Below, in pieces: positions 1 through 8,647 of a stretch of DNA of 24,597 nt. Location: positions 1 to 24,597 of the IMG/VR virus record IMGVR_UViG_3300005805_006958. One strand, written 5' to 3'. The DNA comes from a virus (taxonomy: Duplodnaviria > Caudoviricetes). How positions within the stretch are numbered: position 1 is the stretch's first letter; each line of letters begins with the position of its first letter. Made by a program: the position numbers and the translations under genes. Under the pieces are notes generated by a model. That model saw only the letters and a list, made by a program, of their open reading frames with translations, made no database searches and was not told the origin of the DNA.

Positions 1-1
1 A

Positions 2-67
2 GCAAGTATGGAGGCCATGAGCGGACCGGTTGTAACTACCTATGAAGAATCATCTCATTGTGATTAA
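2..67 (+). CDS. 3' end of an upstream gene (partial; possibly the gp55-like late sigma factor that often precedes gene 47)
   Basis: Open frame from the window edge (ASMEAMSGPVVTTYEESSHCD*) ending at TAA 65-67. Identity is inferred only from T4-like synteny. Confidence 0.25.
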   Translation, partial: ASMEAMSGPVVTTYEESSHCD

Positions 68-1268
68 ACAGCGTCTTTGTAATTTAAAAAAAACCAATAC
101 TGCGTTGCGAGATGTTGTAGATGTGCAAACCATGTGTCCTTTACCATGGACGCATACAAGAATAGGGACTGCTGGTAATCTGTCTCCTTGTTGTTACAGT
201 TCGTTGGTCATAGGCAAGGTTCAAGATCTACAAACAAAAAATTTATTTCATGGCCAAGACATGCAACAATTAAGAGATCAAATGTTGCGCGGCGAACGGC
301 CTTCATCTTGTAACTATTGTTGGAATCGAGAATCGCATAACCAGGCAAGTTATAGACAGCAACGCATGAGCATGCATCATAAAGAATTGTTGTCTGATTG
401 GATATATGATCCTAAAATCCGCAGTCTCGAACTTAAATTGTCCAGCACTTGTAATTACAAATGTAGAATATGTGACATCCCAAATAGTTCGTTGCGCATA
501 ACCGAAGAAATAAAGTTTGCAGACACTCAGCAAACCAAACAATACCTCCAGCAAACGCAAATTTTAGAACAAAATAAATGGTATGATAATATTGATAAAT
601 TTTTACTCAGTATGCAATTAGTCTGGCCAGATTTATCAAATCTTGATTTAGTTGGGGGTGAAACTTTAATTGCTAAAAATTTGCCAACTGTGTTGGATCA
701 TATCATTGATCTTGGCCATGCTGATCATATTTCATTGCAATTAACTACCAATGGTTCTATTTTTCCAAAAGATCTCATTGCTCGACTTAGTCAATTTAAA
801 TTTGTAGATATAGCCATAAGCATAGACAATGTTGAAGATAGATTTGAATTTGAACGTGGCGGTTCTTGGCTCAATGTTGTTGAAAATATACGAGAGTTTT
901 TGTCTTTAGACAAAACCAAATTTAAATCATTTGCATATTGCACAGTGAACATTCAAAATGTACTGTATCTTGATGATATAGTAAATTGGGCTAAATCTAA
1001 AAATATAGACCTTGTTTTTGCTATGCTTGAACAACCAGAGTATTTTTCTATCAATTACCTCACATCCAGGGCAAAGAATTTGGTCATAGAAAAATATACC
1101 AATACTGTTCACCCTGAACTACTGTCCATTGTTCAACAAGTAATGTCCATTGACTGCAGCGATGGACAACTTTTTGTAGCAGAAATGAAAAAGTTTGATT
1201 ATCGACGCACACAAAATTTCCTTTTGACTCACAAAGCCATTGCTGAAGCCATGGGCTTTTATCTATAG
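42..1268 (+). CDS. Radical SAM protein with N-terminal SPASM/twitch-like Fe-S domain
   Basis: N-terminal CPLPW...GNLSPCC...CNYC; CxxxCxxC motif CNYKCRIC; GGE motif (LVGGET); TTNGS; SIDN. True start may be downstream (e.g. MCPLPW). Confidence 0.85.
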   Translation: MKNHLIVIKQRLCNLKKTNTALRDVVDVQTMCPLPWTHTRIGTAGNLSPCCYSSLVIGKVQDLQTKNLFHGQDMQQLRDQMLRGERPSSCNYCWNRESHNQASYRQQRMSMHHKELLSDWIYDPKIRSLELKLSSTCNYKCRICDIPNSSLRITEEIKFADTQQTKQYLQQTQILEQNKWYDNIDKFLLSMQLVWPDLSNLDLVGGETLIAKNLPTVLDHIIDLGHADHISLQLTTNGSIFPKDLIARLSQFKFVDIAISIDNVEDRFEFERGGSWLNVVENIREFLSLDKTKFKSFAYCTVNIQNVLYLDDIVNWAKSKNIDLVFAMLEQPEYFSINYLTSRAKNLVIEKYTNTVHPELLSIVQQVMSIDCSDGQLFVAEMKKFDYRRTQNFLLTHKAIAEAMGFYL

Positions 1269-1329
1269 TGCAGGCAGATTAATCTATGATCAAAGCCGCA
1301 GTCTTCGCAAGCCAGTATGGACACCGTGA

Positions 1330-2496
1330 ATGATCAGTAATCACCGCCTACAAAAAATAAATTCAGTGTATTGCACGGCACCATTCAATGGATTGACCAT
1401 TAGAGAAGATGGGCATGTGCGAACATGCTGTAACGGCAGTGTCAGCCTTGGCAATCTTAATCATACATCTATTGAAGAAATTCAAGGATCACCAATCTTA
1501 AATCAGATTCGTGAGTCCATGCTCAACAACAATTTTCATGACAACTGCAAAATGTGCGTGGAACTGGAACAATCAAGTGGCCTTTCACAGTTGAGAGAAC
1601 ACTATTTAAAATTTTATCCAAATTACAATGGCTTTCAATTAAAAAACATTGACGTGCGATGGAACAATAAATGCAATTTAAATTGCATGTATTGCATTCC
1701 AAAATTCAGTAGTACTTGGGCCGAAAAATTAAACAAACAAAATTCTAGTCCAATAAAAAATTATCAAGATGACTTGTTAAATTTCGTACTGCAACATGTC
1801 GATGAAATTGATGAAATTACATTGGTAGGCGGTGAGCCCATGTTAATGAAACAAAATTATGCGTTGATTGCCGCATTACCCAACTCTGTCAGAATCAGCA
1901 TAATAACCAATCTGTCTTACGATCTAGAAAGATTGCCTTGCATATCAAACTTGTTGGCAAGGCCAAGAGAGAACACTGTGTGGAACATCAGTTGTGAAAA
2001 CATTGATCAACAGTTTGAATATGTTAGAAACGGTGCCAGCTGGGCACAACTAGAAACAAATTTAAAATTTTTAAATCAACACTGGCCTGATATGGTTGTC
2101 ATCAACATAGTATACAGTATGTTTAGTGCGTTTGATCTAGTCGACACTGTTCAACGATTTCATCAACTTGGAATAAAAAAATTCAATTTTCAGTCATACT
2201 TTGGCCACGCTGCTGTAGATGTCTTTAAGATGCCAAGTGCTGTGCAGGCTTCAGCTGAGAAGATTATTGATGAAGTTATAAAAATACATTATGAAAATAT
2301 TCATCCAGAAGATAGAGATTTATATCCTTTGGCAAATCTAGACTTGATCAAAACAAAACTAACACAGACACAAGAACACTCCTGCTCAAAAAAAGCGTTT
2401 TATGATCGAATTGCATGGTATGACAAATGGTCTGACAGTAAATTCAAAGACTTGTGGCCGCATGTGGTTGATCTGGTTGAATTGCATGTTGAATAA
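1330..2496 (+). CDS. Radical SAM protein with N-terminal SPASM/twitch-like domain
   Basis: YCTAPF...DGHVRTCC...CKMC, then CNLNCMYC, LVGGEP, ITN; same architecture as the preceding gene. Confidence 0.88.
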   Translation: MISNHRLQKINSVYCTAPFNGLTIREDGHVRTCCNGSVSLGNLNHTSIEEIQGSPILNQIRESMLNNNFHDNCKMCVELEQSSGLSQLREHYLKFYPNYNGFQLKNIDVRWNNKCNLNCMYCIPKFSSTWAEKLNKQNSSPIKNYQDDLLNFVLQHVDEIDEITLVGGEPMLMKQNYALIAALPNSVRISIITNLSYDLERLPCISNLLARPRENTVWNISCENIDQQFEYVRNGASWAQLETNLKFLNQHWPDMVVINIVYSMFSAFDLVDTVQRFHQLGIKKFNFQSYFGHAAVDVFKMPSAVQASAEKIIDEVIKIHYENIHPEDRDLYPLANLDLIKTKLTQTQEHSCSKKAFYDRIAWYDKWSDSKFKDLWPHVVDLVELHVE

Positions 2497-2517
2497 CTTT
2501 TAGGTATAGTGTACAAT
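2482..2517 (+). promoter_or_regulatory. Two overlapping sigma70-like promoters upstream of gene 47
   Basis: TTGCAT(2482-2487)-17 nt-TATAGT(2505-2510) and TTGAAT(2489-2494)-17 nt-TACAAT(2512-2517); ATG at 2523. Confidence 0.45.
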
Positions 2518-2522
2518 AACGA

Positions 2523-3539
2523 ATGACAAATCTATTCAAGAAGGCTGCAGTCTTTACAGACATACATTTTGGACTCAAATCCAACAGTCAAACACACAAC
2601 GACGACTGTTTGGATTTTGTTAAATGGGCCACTACTACTGCAAAGGAACAAGGTTGTGAAACTTGTTTGTTTCTCGGCGATTGGCACAACAACAGGGCCA
2701 GTTTAAATATAGTAACCTTGAGTTACAGTCTCCGGGCCCTGGAGCACATGAATGACAACTTTGATCGGGTGTATTTTATTCCTGGCAATCACGATCTTTA
2801 TTATCGAGACAAGCGCGATATTCAAAGTGTGGAGTGGGCCAAACATTTACCGAACGTGGTTATATGTAATGATTGGTTCAGTGCTGGTGACGTTGTCATT
2901 GCTCCTTGGTTGTGTGGAGATGACCACAAACGCATACCAAAATTAACAGGAAAATACATGTTTGGGCATTTTGAATTGCCCGGCTACTACATGAATGCCA
3001 TGGTGCAAATGCCGGATCACGGCACAGTACAGCGTGGCGACTTTGGCGGATTTGATCATGTGTTCACTGGACACTTTCACAAACGTCAAACTGCCAACAA
3101 CATCACTTATATTGGCAACTGCTTCCCGCACAACTATGCTGATGCAGGAGATGATGAGCGTGGCATGATGATCTTGGAATGGGGCAAAGAGCCTGAGTAT
3201 CATGCATGGCCAGACCAGCCATGTTACAGAGTGTATGGATTGGCCAATTTAATAGACAACGCAGCCACACTACTGAGCCCCAAAATGCACGTTCGTGTAA
3301 ACTTAGACATTGAAATATCTTACGAAGAAGCCAATTTCATCAAAGAAACTTTTATACGAGATTACCACCTACGTGAAATGGCCTTGATACCAAACAAAAC
3401 AGCCGGCGTAGATGTAGATCTTGCGCCTGGTGATGTGAAATTTGAATCAGTGGATCAAATTGTCACAGACCAACTCACCAACATTGAATCAGAATTCTAC
3501 GACAACCGATTACTGTTGCAAATCTACCAAAACTTATGA
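2523..3539 (+). CDS. gp47: Recombination endonuclease subunit, T4 gp47 / SbcD / Mre11-like metallophosphoesterase
   Basis: Phosphoesterase motifs DIHFG, GDWH, GNHD, GHFH; ATGA overlap with the gp46-like gene. Confidence 0.95.
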   Translation: MTNLFKKAAVFTDIHFGLKSNSQTHNDDCLDFVKWATTTAKEQGCETCLFLGDWHNNRASLNIVTLSYSLRALEHMNDNFDRVYFIPGNHDLYYRDKRDIQSVEWAKHLPNVVICNDWFSAGDVVIAPWLCGDDHKRIPKLTGKYMFGHFELPGYYMNAMVQMPDHGTVQRGDFGGFDHVFTGHFHKRQTANNITYIGNCFPHNYADAGDDERGMMILEWGKEPEYHAWPDQPCYRVYGLANLIDNAATLLSPKMHVRVNLDIEISYEEANFIKETFIRDYHLREMALIPNKTAGVDVDLAPGDVKFESVDQIVTDQLTNIESEFYDNRLLLQIYQNL

Positions 3540-5299
3540 TCTCTATCAAAAATCTCACTGTTAAGAACTTCATGAGTGTGGGTAATGCCACACAAGGCAT
3601 TGACTTTGACCGTCAAGACTTTACGCTGGTGTTGGGTGAAAATTTGGACTTAGGCGGTGATGGATCACGCAACGGCACAGGCAAGACCACTATCATTAAT
3701 GCACTGAGTTATGCCATGTACGGGCAAGCACTGTCAAACATTCGCAAGGACAACCTTGTGAACAAGACCAATGCCAAGAACATGATGGTCAGTCTGGACT
3801 TCTCTGTCAACAGCAAAAATTATCGCATTGAACGTGGGCGCAAGCCCAATGTGTTGCGTTTCTTTGTTGACAGTGAACAAGTCACTGCACAGGATGATGC
3901 ACAAGGCGACAGTCGTGAAACACAAGAAGAAATAGAACGTGTGTTTGGTATGAGCCATGACATGTTTCAACACATTGTGGCCTTGAACACATATACCCCT
4001 CCATTCCTTAGTTTAAAAGCCAATGAACAACGCACAATAATTGAACAGTTGTTGGGCATTACCTTGCTGAGTGAACGTGCCGACCGCATCAAAGAACTCA
4101 ACAAGTCAACCCGAAATGCCATATCCTCAGAAGAGTTCCGCATACGTGCTGTGCAAGAAGCCAACCGGCGTATTGAAGAACAAATAGAAAGTCTACAAAA
4201 ACGTCAACGACTGTGGCTGGCCAAGCGTGATGAAGATGTTGCAAAATTAACACAGGCCATTGCTGATCTAGAACACATAGACATTGATCGTGAAGTGCAA
4301 GCACATCGAGATTTTGAAGCATTTCACATCAAAAAGAAAGCCATCGACGAATGCAATCGTTGGATTCGCAGCATTGATTCAGATGATGCAAAACTCAACA
4401 AAACTGTTGAAAAACTAAAACGAGAAATTGAAGCACTAGACAATCATCAGTGTTATGCCTGTGGTCAAGATCTACATGATACCAAACAAGATGAAATACG
4501 TGTGACCAAACAAGACACTTTGCAAGAAACTGCGCTACAATTGTTGGCCAATGACACACAGCGCATGGAACATCAAAGCCAATTGGCCAAACTGGGAGAA
4601 CTAGGCACAGCACCCACGGTGTTCTACGACACCTTAGAACATGCATTAAATCATCGCAACACTGTGGAAACATTGCGCAAAGATCTAAACACAAGAACCA
4701 CAGATGCAGATCCTTATGACGAACAAATTGCAGACATGCAAGTACAGGCCTTACAGATTGTGAGTTATGATCATCTAAATGACCTTACCAGAATACAAGA
4801 CCATCAAGAGTTTTTGCTAAAGTTGCTCACCAGCAAGGACAGTTTTGTTCGCAAGAAAATCATTGATCAAAACTTGAGTTATTTGAACAGCCGACTCACA
4901 TGGTACCTAGATCGAATTGGACTGCCACACACGGTAAAGTTTCAAAATGACTTGACTGTGAGCATTGAAGAACTGGGTCGCGAGCTGGACTTTGACAATT
5001 TAAGCCGTGGCGAACGTAACCGATTGATTCTCAGCATGTCATGGGCATTTAGAGATGTGTGGGAAAGTTTGTATCATCCTATCAATATATTGTTCATTGA
5101 TGAAATGATCGATTCGGGCTTAGACACACAAGGTGTGGAAAATGCACTAGCCTTGTTGAAGAAAATGACACGTGAACGAAACAAAAGTATTTGGCTTGTA
5201 TCGCATAGAGATGAACTTACCAGTCGTGTGGAAAACATCTTGCGTGTAGTCAAAGAAAATGGATTTACCAGTTACAACACGGACATAGAAGTTGTTTAA
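3536..5299 (+). CDS. gp46: Recombination endonuclease ATPase subunit, T4 gp46 / SbcC / Rad50-like
   Basis: Walker A (RNGTGKTT), coiled coil with zinc hook CYACG, signature LSRGE, Walker B ILFIDE, SH motif. Confidence 0.95.
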   Translation: MISIKNLTVKNFMSVGNATQGIDFDRQDFTLVLGENLDLGGDGSRNGTGKTTIINALSYAMYGQALSNIRKDNLVNKTNAKNMMVSLDFSVNSKNYRIERGRKPNVLRFFVDSEQVTAQDDAQGDSRETQEEIERVFGMSHDMFQHIVALNTYTPPFLSLKANEQRTIIEQLLGITLLSERADRIKELNKSTRNAISSEEFRIRAVQEANRRIEEQIESLQKRQRLWLAKRDEDVAKLTQAIADLEHIDIDREVQAHRDFEAFHIKKKAIDECNRWIRSIDSDDAKLNKTVEKLKREIEALDNHQCYACGQDLHDTKQDEIRVTKQDTLQETALQLLANDTQRMEHQSQLAKLGELGTAPTVFYDTLEHALNHRNTVETLRKDLNTRTTDADPYDEQIADMQVQALQIVSYDHLNDLTRIQDHQEFLLKLLTSKDSFVRKKIIDQNLSYLNSRLTWYLDRIGLPHTVKFQNDLTVSIEELGRELDFDNLSRGERNRLILSMSWAFRDVWESLYHPINILFIDEMIDSGLDTQGVENALALLKKMTRERNKSIWLVSHRDELTSRVENILRVVKENGFTSYNTDIEVV

Positions 5300-6386
5300 T
5301 TTTCACAGCATTAATGAATATCAAATTGAGATTACCTCATATTGCAATGCTGCTTGCCCACAATGTCCACGCAACCATTTAGGAGTGGGTGTTAACCCCT
5401 ACATGCCGCTTGCACATTTGTCACGTGCTGTAATTGATCAAACATTTGACACAGAACTTTGTCAACGTTTAAAGCAAGTGTTTTTCTGTGGCAGTTATGG
5501 CGATCCCATAATGCACCCAGACTTTTTGGACGTCTTGCGTGACTTTAGAAGCAAAAGTCCTCGACTATGGTTGTACATACACACCAATGGTGGTGTGCAT
5601 GAATCAGACTATTGGGCAGAAATAGCCCGCATCATGAACGGCTATGGTCAGATAGACTTTGGCATCGATGGCCTGGCTGATACTTTACATCTGTACAGAA
5701 AAAATGTAAAATACAGCAAGGCCATCAACAATGCCACAGCATTTATACGTGCAGGCGGTAGAGCACAATGGAATTTTATTGTGTTTCGGCACAATGAATA
5801 TCAGGTTGACTTGGTCCAGCAATTGGGCAAGGCTTTGGGTTTTCACCAGGTATTGATACGTAAGACTGGTAGATTTTTAAATCATACCACCATGACTGAA
5901 ATGGATTCTTGGCCTGTGGCCGGTGCAGAGCATGTGTTACAACCGCCCAGCAATGAGCAATATAGAAATCGCAGCATGCAGTACTTGCCTGAATTAAAGA
6001 AACAACACACAAACATCAAAGAATATTTTGACTCTACTGCTATACAGTGCGATGCACTAGCAGGCAAAAAAGTGGCCATCAATGCGGAAGGTGTAGTATT
6101 GCCTTGTAATTTTTTCAATCACAATCTCTATGATGCTAGATTTAGAGATGGATCATTGCCCGGCGCCAATGCACTGAGCATGGTCAATGGTCAAAATCAA
6201 GTGCGTGAGTTTTTGGAACGGTATGGATTGCACAATCTAAACATTCACAACCGATCATTGCCAGAAATATTTGCCAATGACTTTTGGTCAGACCTTGTGG
6301 CATCGTTTGACAACAGTAGCAGGCTGTTTGAATGTGCCATGACCTGTGGTGAAAAGTTTACAAAAGTATGGGATCAATCACGATGA
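5292..6386 (+). CDS. Radical SAM protein with C-terminal SPASM/twitch-like domain
   Basis: CNAACPQC; CGSYGDP; HTNGG; IDGL; C-terminal C...GVVLPC...CAMTCG. TTG start overlapping the gp46 stop. Confidence 0.88.
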   Translation: MFNFHSINEYQIEITSYCNAACPQCPRNHLGVGVNPYMPLAHLSRAVIDQTFDTELCQRLKQVFFCGSYGDPIMHPDFLDVLRDFRSKSPRLWLYIHTNGGVHESDYWAEIARIMNGYGQIDFGIDGLADTLHLYRKNVKYSKAINNATAFIRAGGRAQWNFIVFRHNEYQVDLVQQLGKALGFHQVLIRKTGRFLNHTTMTEMDSWPVAGAEHVLQPPSNEQYRNRSMQYLPELKKQHTNIKEYFDSTAIQCDALAGKKVAINAEGVVLPCNFFNHNLYDARFRDGSLPGANALSMVNGQNQVREFLERYGLHNLNIHNRSLPEIFANDFWSDLVASFDNSSRLFECAMTCGEKFTKVWDQSR

Positions 6387-6973
6387 AAATGCTAGTCACA
6401 GGCGGTAATCGTGGACTGGGTCTACACCTAGTGGATGTGTTTGGTGCAGACACAGTAAGTAGAGCCACAAACTTGGACATCACCAATCAACAAGCAGTCG
6501 CGCTAATTGCTCAACAAAGTTTGAATTATGATGTGTTTGTCAACAATGCATTTGACGGTCCTCCACAAGAATCTTGGGCTAACTTTGCACAAACAAACCT
6601 GTACATGGCAGTATACGACACATGGAAAGACGCTGGCAAAAATGGACATATTTTCAACATTGGTTCAGTGGGAGAACGACATATGGTTGCTGCTGAACCC
6701 AGATTTGAAACATACCGTGTGGCCAAGGCAGCACTGGCACATGCCAGTCAGCAAGGAACACAATCATTCAAACAAAATCTAGTACAGTTTCGGACCACAC
6801 TGATCACTCCTGATCGTCTGGACACAGAATTAAGTCGCAGCCGCCCAACCTGGACTGGAAATGGTATAAATTTAACAGATATCAGCAATTTTATACAATA
6901 CGCTGTCACAGTGTCCCCAAACACCGTGATAGAACAGGCAACTTTTTACGTGAACTTTAATTACAAGGCATAA
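6383..6973 (+). CDS. Short-chain dehydrogenase/reductase (SDR)
   Basis: TGGNRGLG Rossmann motif, VNNA, catalytic YRVAK (YxxxK). Start placed at 6383 (ATGA overlap with the upstream stop) rather than 6368. Confidence 0.88.
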   Translation: MKMLVTGGNRGLGLHLVDVFGADTVSRATNLDITNQQAVALIAQQSLNYDVFVNNAFDGPPQESWANFAQTNLYMAVYDTWKDAGKNGHIFNIGSVGERHMVAAEPRFETYRVAKAALAHASQQGTQSFKQNLVQFRTTLITPDRLDTELSRSRPTWTGNGINLTDISNFIQYAVTVSPNTVIEQATFYVNFNYKA

Positions 6974-6976
6974 CTA
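6969..6976 (+). promoter_or_regulatory. Possible late promoter variant (CATAACTA)
   Basis: One mismatch to the ATAAATA core seen repeatedly in this window; lies at the gene boundary upstream of the GIY-YIG gene. Confidence 0.35.
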
Positions 6977-7006
6977 TAGCACGAAAGGCAAATCCACCCC
7001 AAGCGC

Positions 7007-7435
7007 ATGACATGGCTTTATCAAGACACCCCAGTTGAGACTTTACCTGAAGACTGTGTGGGATTTGTTTACGAAATCACAAATAATCTATCTGGACGCA
7101 AGTACATAGGCAAAAAATTAGCAAAATTTTCACGAACAACGTACAAAACAGTAAAACAAAAGAACGGCACAAAAAAGCGGAAGAAGATACGCACCAAGAT
7201 CGATAGTGATTGGCGTGAGTACTACGGGTCAAGCCCAGAATTAACCGCAGACGTAATCACTTTAGGCACCGAAAACTTCACCAGAGAGATACTCTACTAT
7301 TGCAAAAGCAAGAGTGAGTGCAGTTACATTGAGGCACGAGAGCAATTCAGTAGACGAGTATTGGAATCAACAGATTATTACAACGGCCATATACAAGTAC
7401 GTGTGCATGGCTCACACATCAAAGATAAAATTTAA
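7007..7435 (+). CDS. Small GIY-YIG family nuclease (endonuclease II/Seg-like catalytic domain only)
   Basis: GFVYEITN...RKYIGKK, YYGSS, FTREIL, EAREQ, YYNG; long Lys/Arg-rich insertion (KTVKQKNGTKKRKKIRTK). Confidence 0.8.
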   Translation: MTWLYQDTPVETLPEDCVGFVYEITNNLSGRKYIGKKLAKFSRTTYKTVKQKNGTKKRKKIRTKIDSDWREYYGSSPELTADVITLGTENFTREILYYCKSKSECSYIEAREQFSRRVLESTDYYNGHIQVRVHGSHIKDKI

Positions 7436-7440
7436 ACTCA

Positions 7441-7810
7441 ACTAACACCTAAGGTTGGCGGGCCAGTTTGCAATACCGCTGTGGAAAAACCGGGGCATAA
7501 ACCGGACACGTGACATATTGATGCACTCCCGTGGGTAAATCCCACTATCCTGAAGGGGAAGCGAGTTTGAGGCTAGAACAATAGGGCCAACGCATTGATA
7601 TAGTATGAATGTTAGCATACGAAGACACCGGCTATAAACATCTAAACACTAGGAACGAGGTTTAGAGCGCACTAGCGTATCGTGGTAGGAAGGAAAAGCA
7701 TAGAGTCCTTTAGCATACGGTGTATAATAAATTACCTACTTCCAATGTCTTGGCTGATTCAACTCACATGAAGACACAGACGGAACCGAGCAAAACGGTT
7801 CCGTCTGACT
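7441..7810 (+). ncRNA. Candidate large structured non-coding RNA (alternatively a replication-origin region)
   Basis: No credible ORF. Helices: CCGG 7490-93/7502-05; GTGGG 7531-35/CCCAC 7541-45; GTATG 7603-07/CATAC 7616-20; TCTAAAC 7641-47/GTTTAGA 7660-66; ACACCG-GCTA 7625-34/TAGC..CGGTGT 7711-23; long-range 7563-7597/7743-7765; 12-bp hairpin 7777-7807. Strand inferred from G-U compatibility and the upstream gene. Confidence 0.5.
7777..7807. repeat. Perfect 12-bp inverted repeat
   Basis: CAGACGGAACCG-agcaaaa-CGGTTCCGTCTG; no U-tract on either side; flanked by the direct repeat ACATGAA (7766-7772, 7821-7827). Confidence 0.9.
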
Positions 7811-7909
7811 AAAACAATCTACATGAATACTTTGTCGCTTCGCTCTAGAAAACAATACGTTGATGAGCACAGCGAAATCAACAGATCTCTAAGAGATCTT
7901 AAATATATG

Positions 7910-8647
7910 ATGCAAATTCCATTAACACATTACTACACCAAACACAAAAATAAAACTTTAAGTTGGGTAGATTCAGATTCAGAAGAAGCATTTCTTGAAA
8001 ATATCAAAGATCCTGAGCGTCTAGCTCAATTAAAAAAATATGGGTGGAATCAACCTGGGGCAATAACGTACCAGTTCAACAGTCAGGGATTTCGTTGTAA
8101 TGAATTTGATCATTCCCTGGGTATCATTACCATTGGTTGCAGTTTTACAGCAGGAGTTGGATTACCGTTGACTGATATATGGCCCACTATAGTGGGAAAT
8201 AAACTTGGACTATCGGTATGGAATTTAGGTATAGGTGGTGCTAGTATGGACACCTGTTTTAGATTGTTGTATCATTACATTGATCGGTTAAATGCTCAGT
8301 ATGTGTTGTTGCTTACACCACCCCCCCAAAGGTTTGAGTTGCACACTCAAGATACAGTGCTTTTTTTCCATCCCCAGTCGATAACTCATCCTATTCAACG
8401 ATGGTGGTATGAATGTGAAAGCAATGGACAATTAAATTGGTATAAAAATACTTTGGCATTGCAGCAATTGTGTCAACAGCATAAAAAACGTTTGATAATT
8501 CAGACTCCTGAAAATTCGCTGTTTGTCCTGCCACACAGAGATAAATGGCCTCCGGCACGTGATATGTTGCATGTTGGCACAGAAGCACAAGCCAAATGCG
8601 CGGATATTTTTTTAGATGCGATTAAAACTGATCAGGCCAATCTCTAA
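7910..8647 (+). CDS. SGNH/GDSL-hydrolase-like hypothetical protein
   Basis: YQFNSQGFR, GCSFTAGVG (block I-like), NLGIGGAS (block II-like), C-terminal DMLH (DxxH). Start reassigned to ATG 7907/7910 just after TAAATA (7900-7905), because the ORF-track start 7823 runs through palindromic non-coding DNA. Confidence 0.7.
   Translation: MQIPLTHYYTKHKNKTLSWVDSDSEEAFLENIKDPERLAQLKKYGWNQPGAITYQFNSQGFRCNEFDHSLGIITIGCSFTAGVGLPLTDIWPTIVGNKLGLSVWNLGIGGASMDTCFRLLYHYIDRLNAQYVLLLTPPPQRFELHTQDTVLFFHPQSITHPIQRWWYECESNGQLNWYKNTLALQQLCQQHKKRLIIQTPENSLFVLPHRDKWPPARDMLHVGTEAQAKCADIFLDAIKTDQANL

Noticed and set aside
2-1328. Similar 19-mers GCAAGTATGGAGGCCATGA (2-20) and GCCAGTATGGACACCGTGA (1310-1328) upstream of the two radical SAM genes
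   Set aside because: Only 15/19 identity, two copies, different distances to the starts; could be chance.
7441-7810. Group I intron, RNase P, tmRNA or tRNA identity for the structured region
   Set aside because: AAGCATAGAGTCC only loosely resembles the group I S element; there is no interrupted gene or convincing P7 partner, no RNase P P4 consensus, and no tRNA-like ends or T-loop.
7823-7906. N-terminal extension of the SGNH-like ORF given in the ORF track
   Set aside because: It runs through palindromic DNA, and a TAAATA promoter sits just before ATG 7907/7910, the more plausible start.
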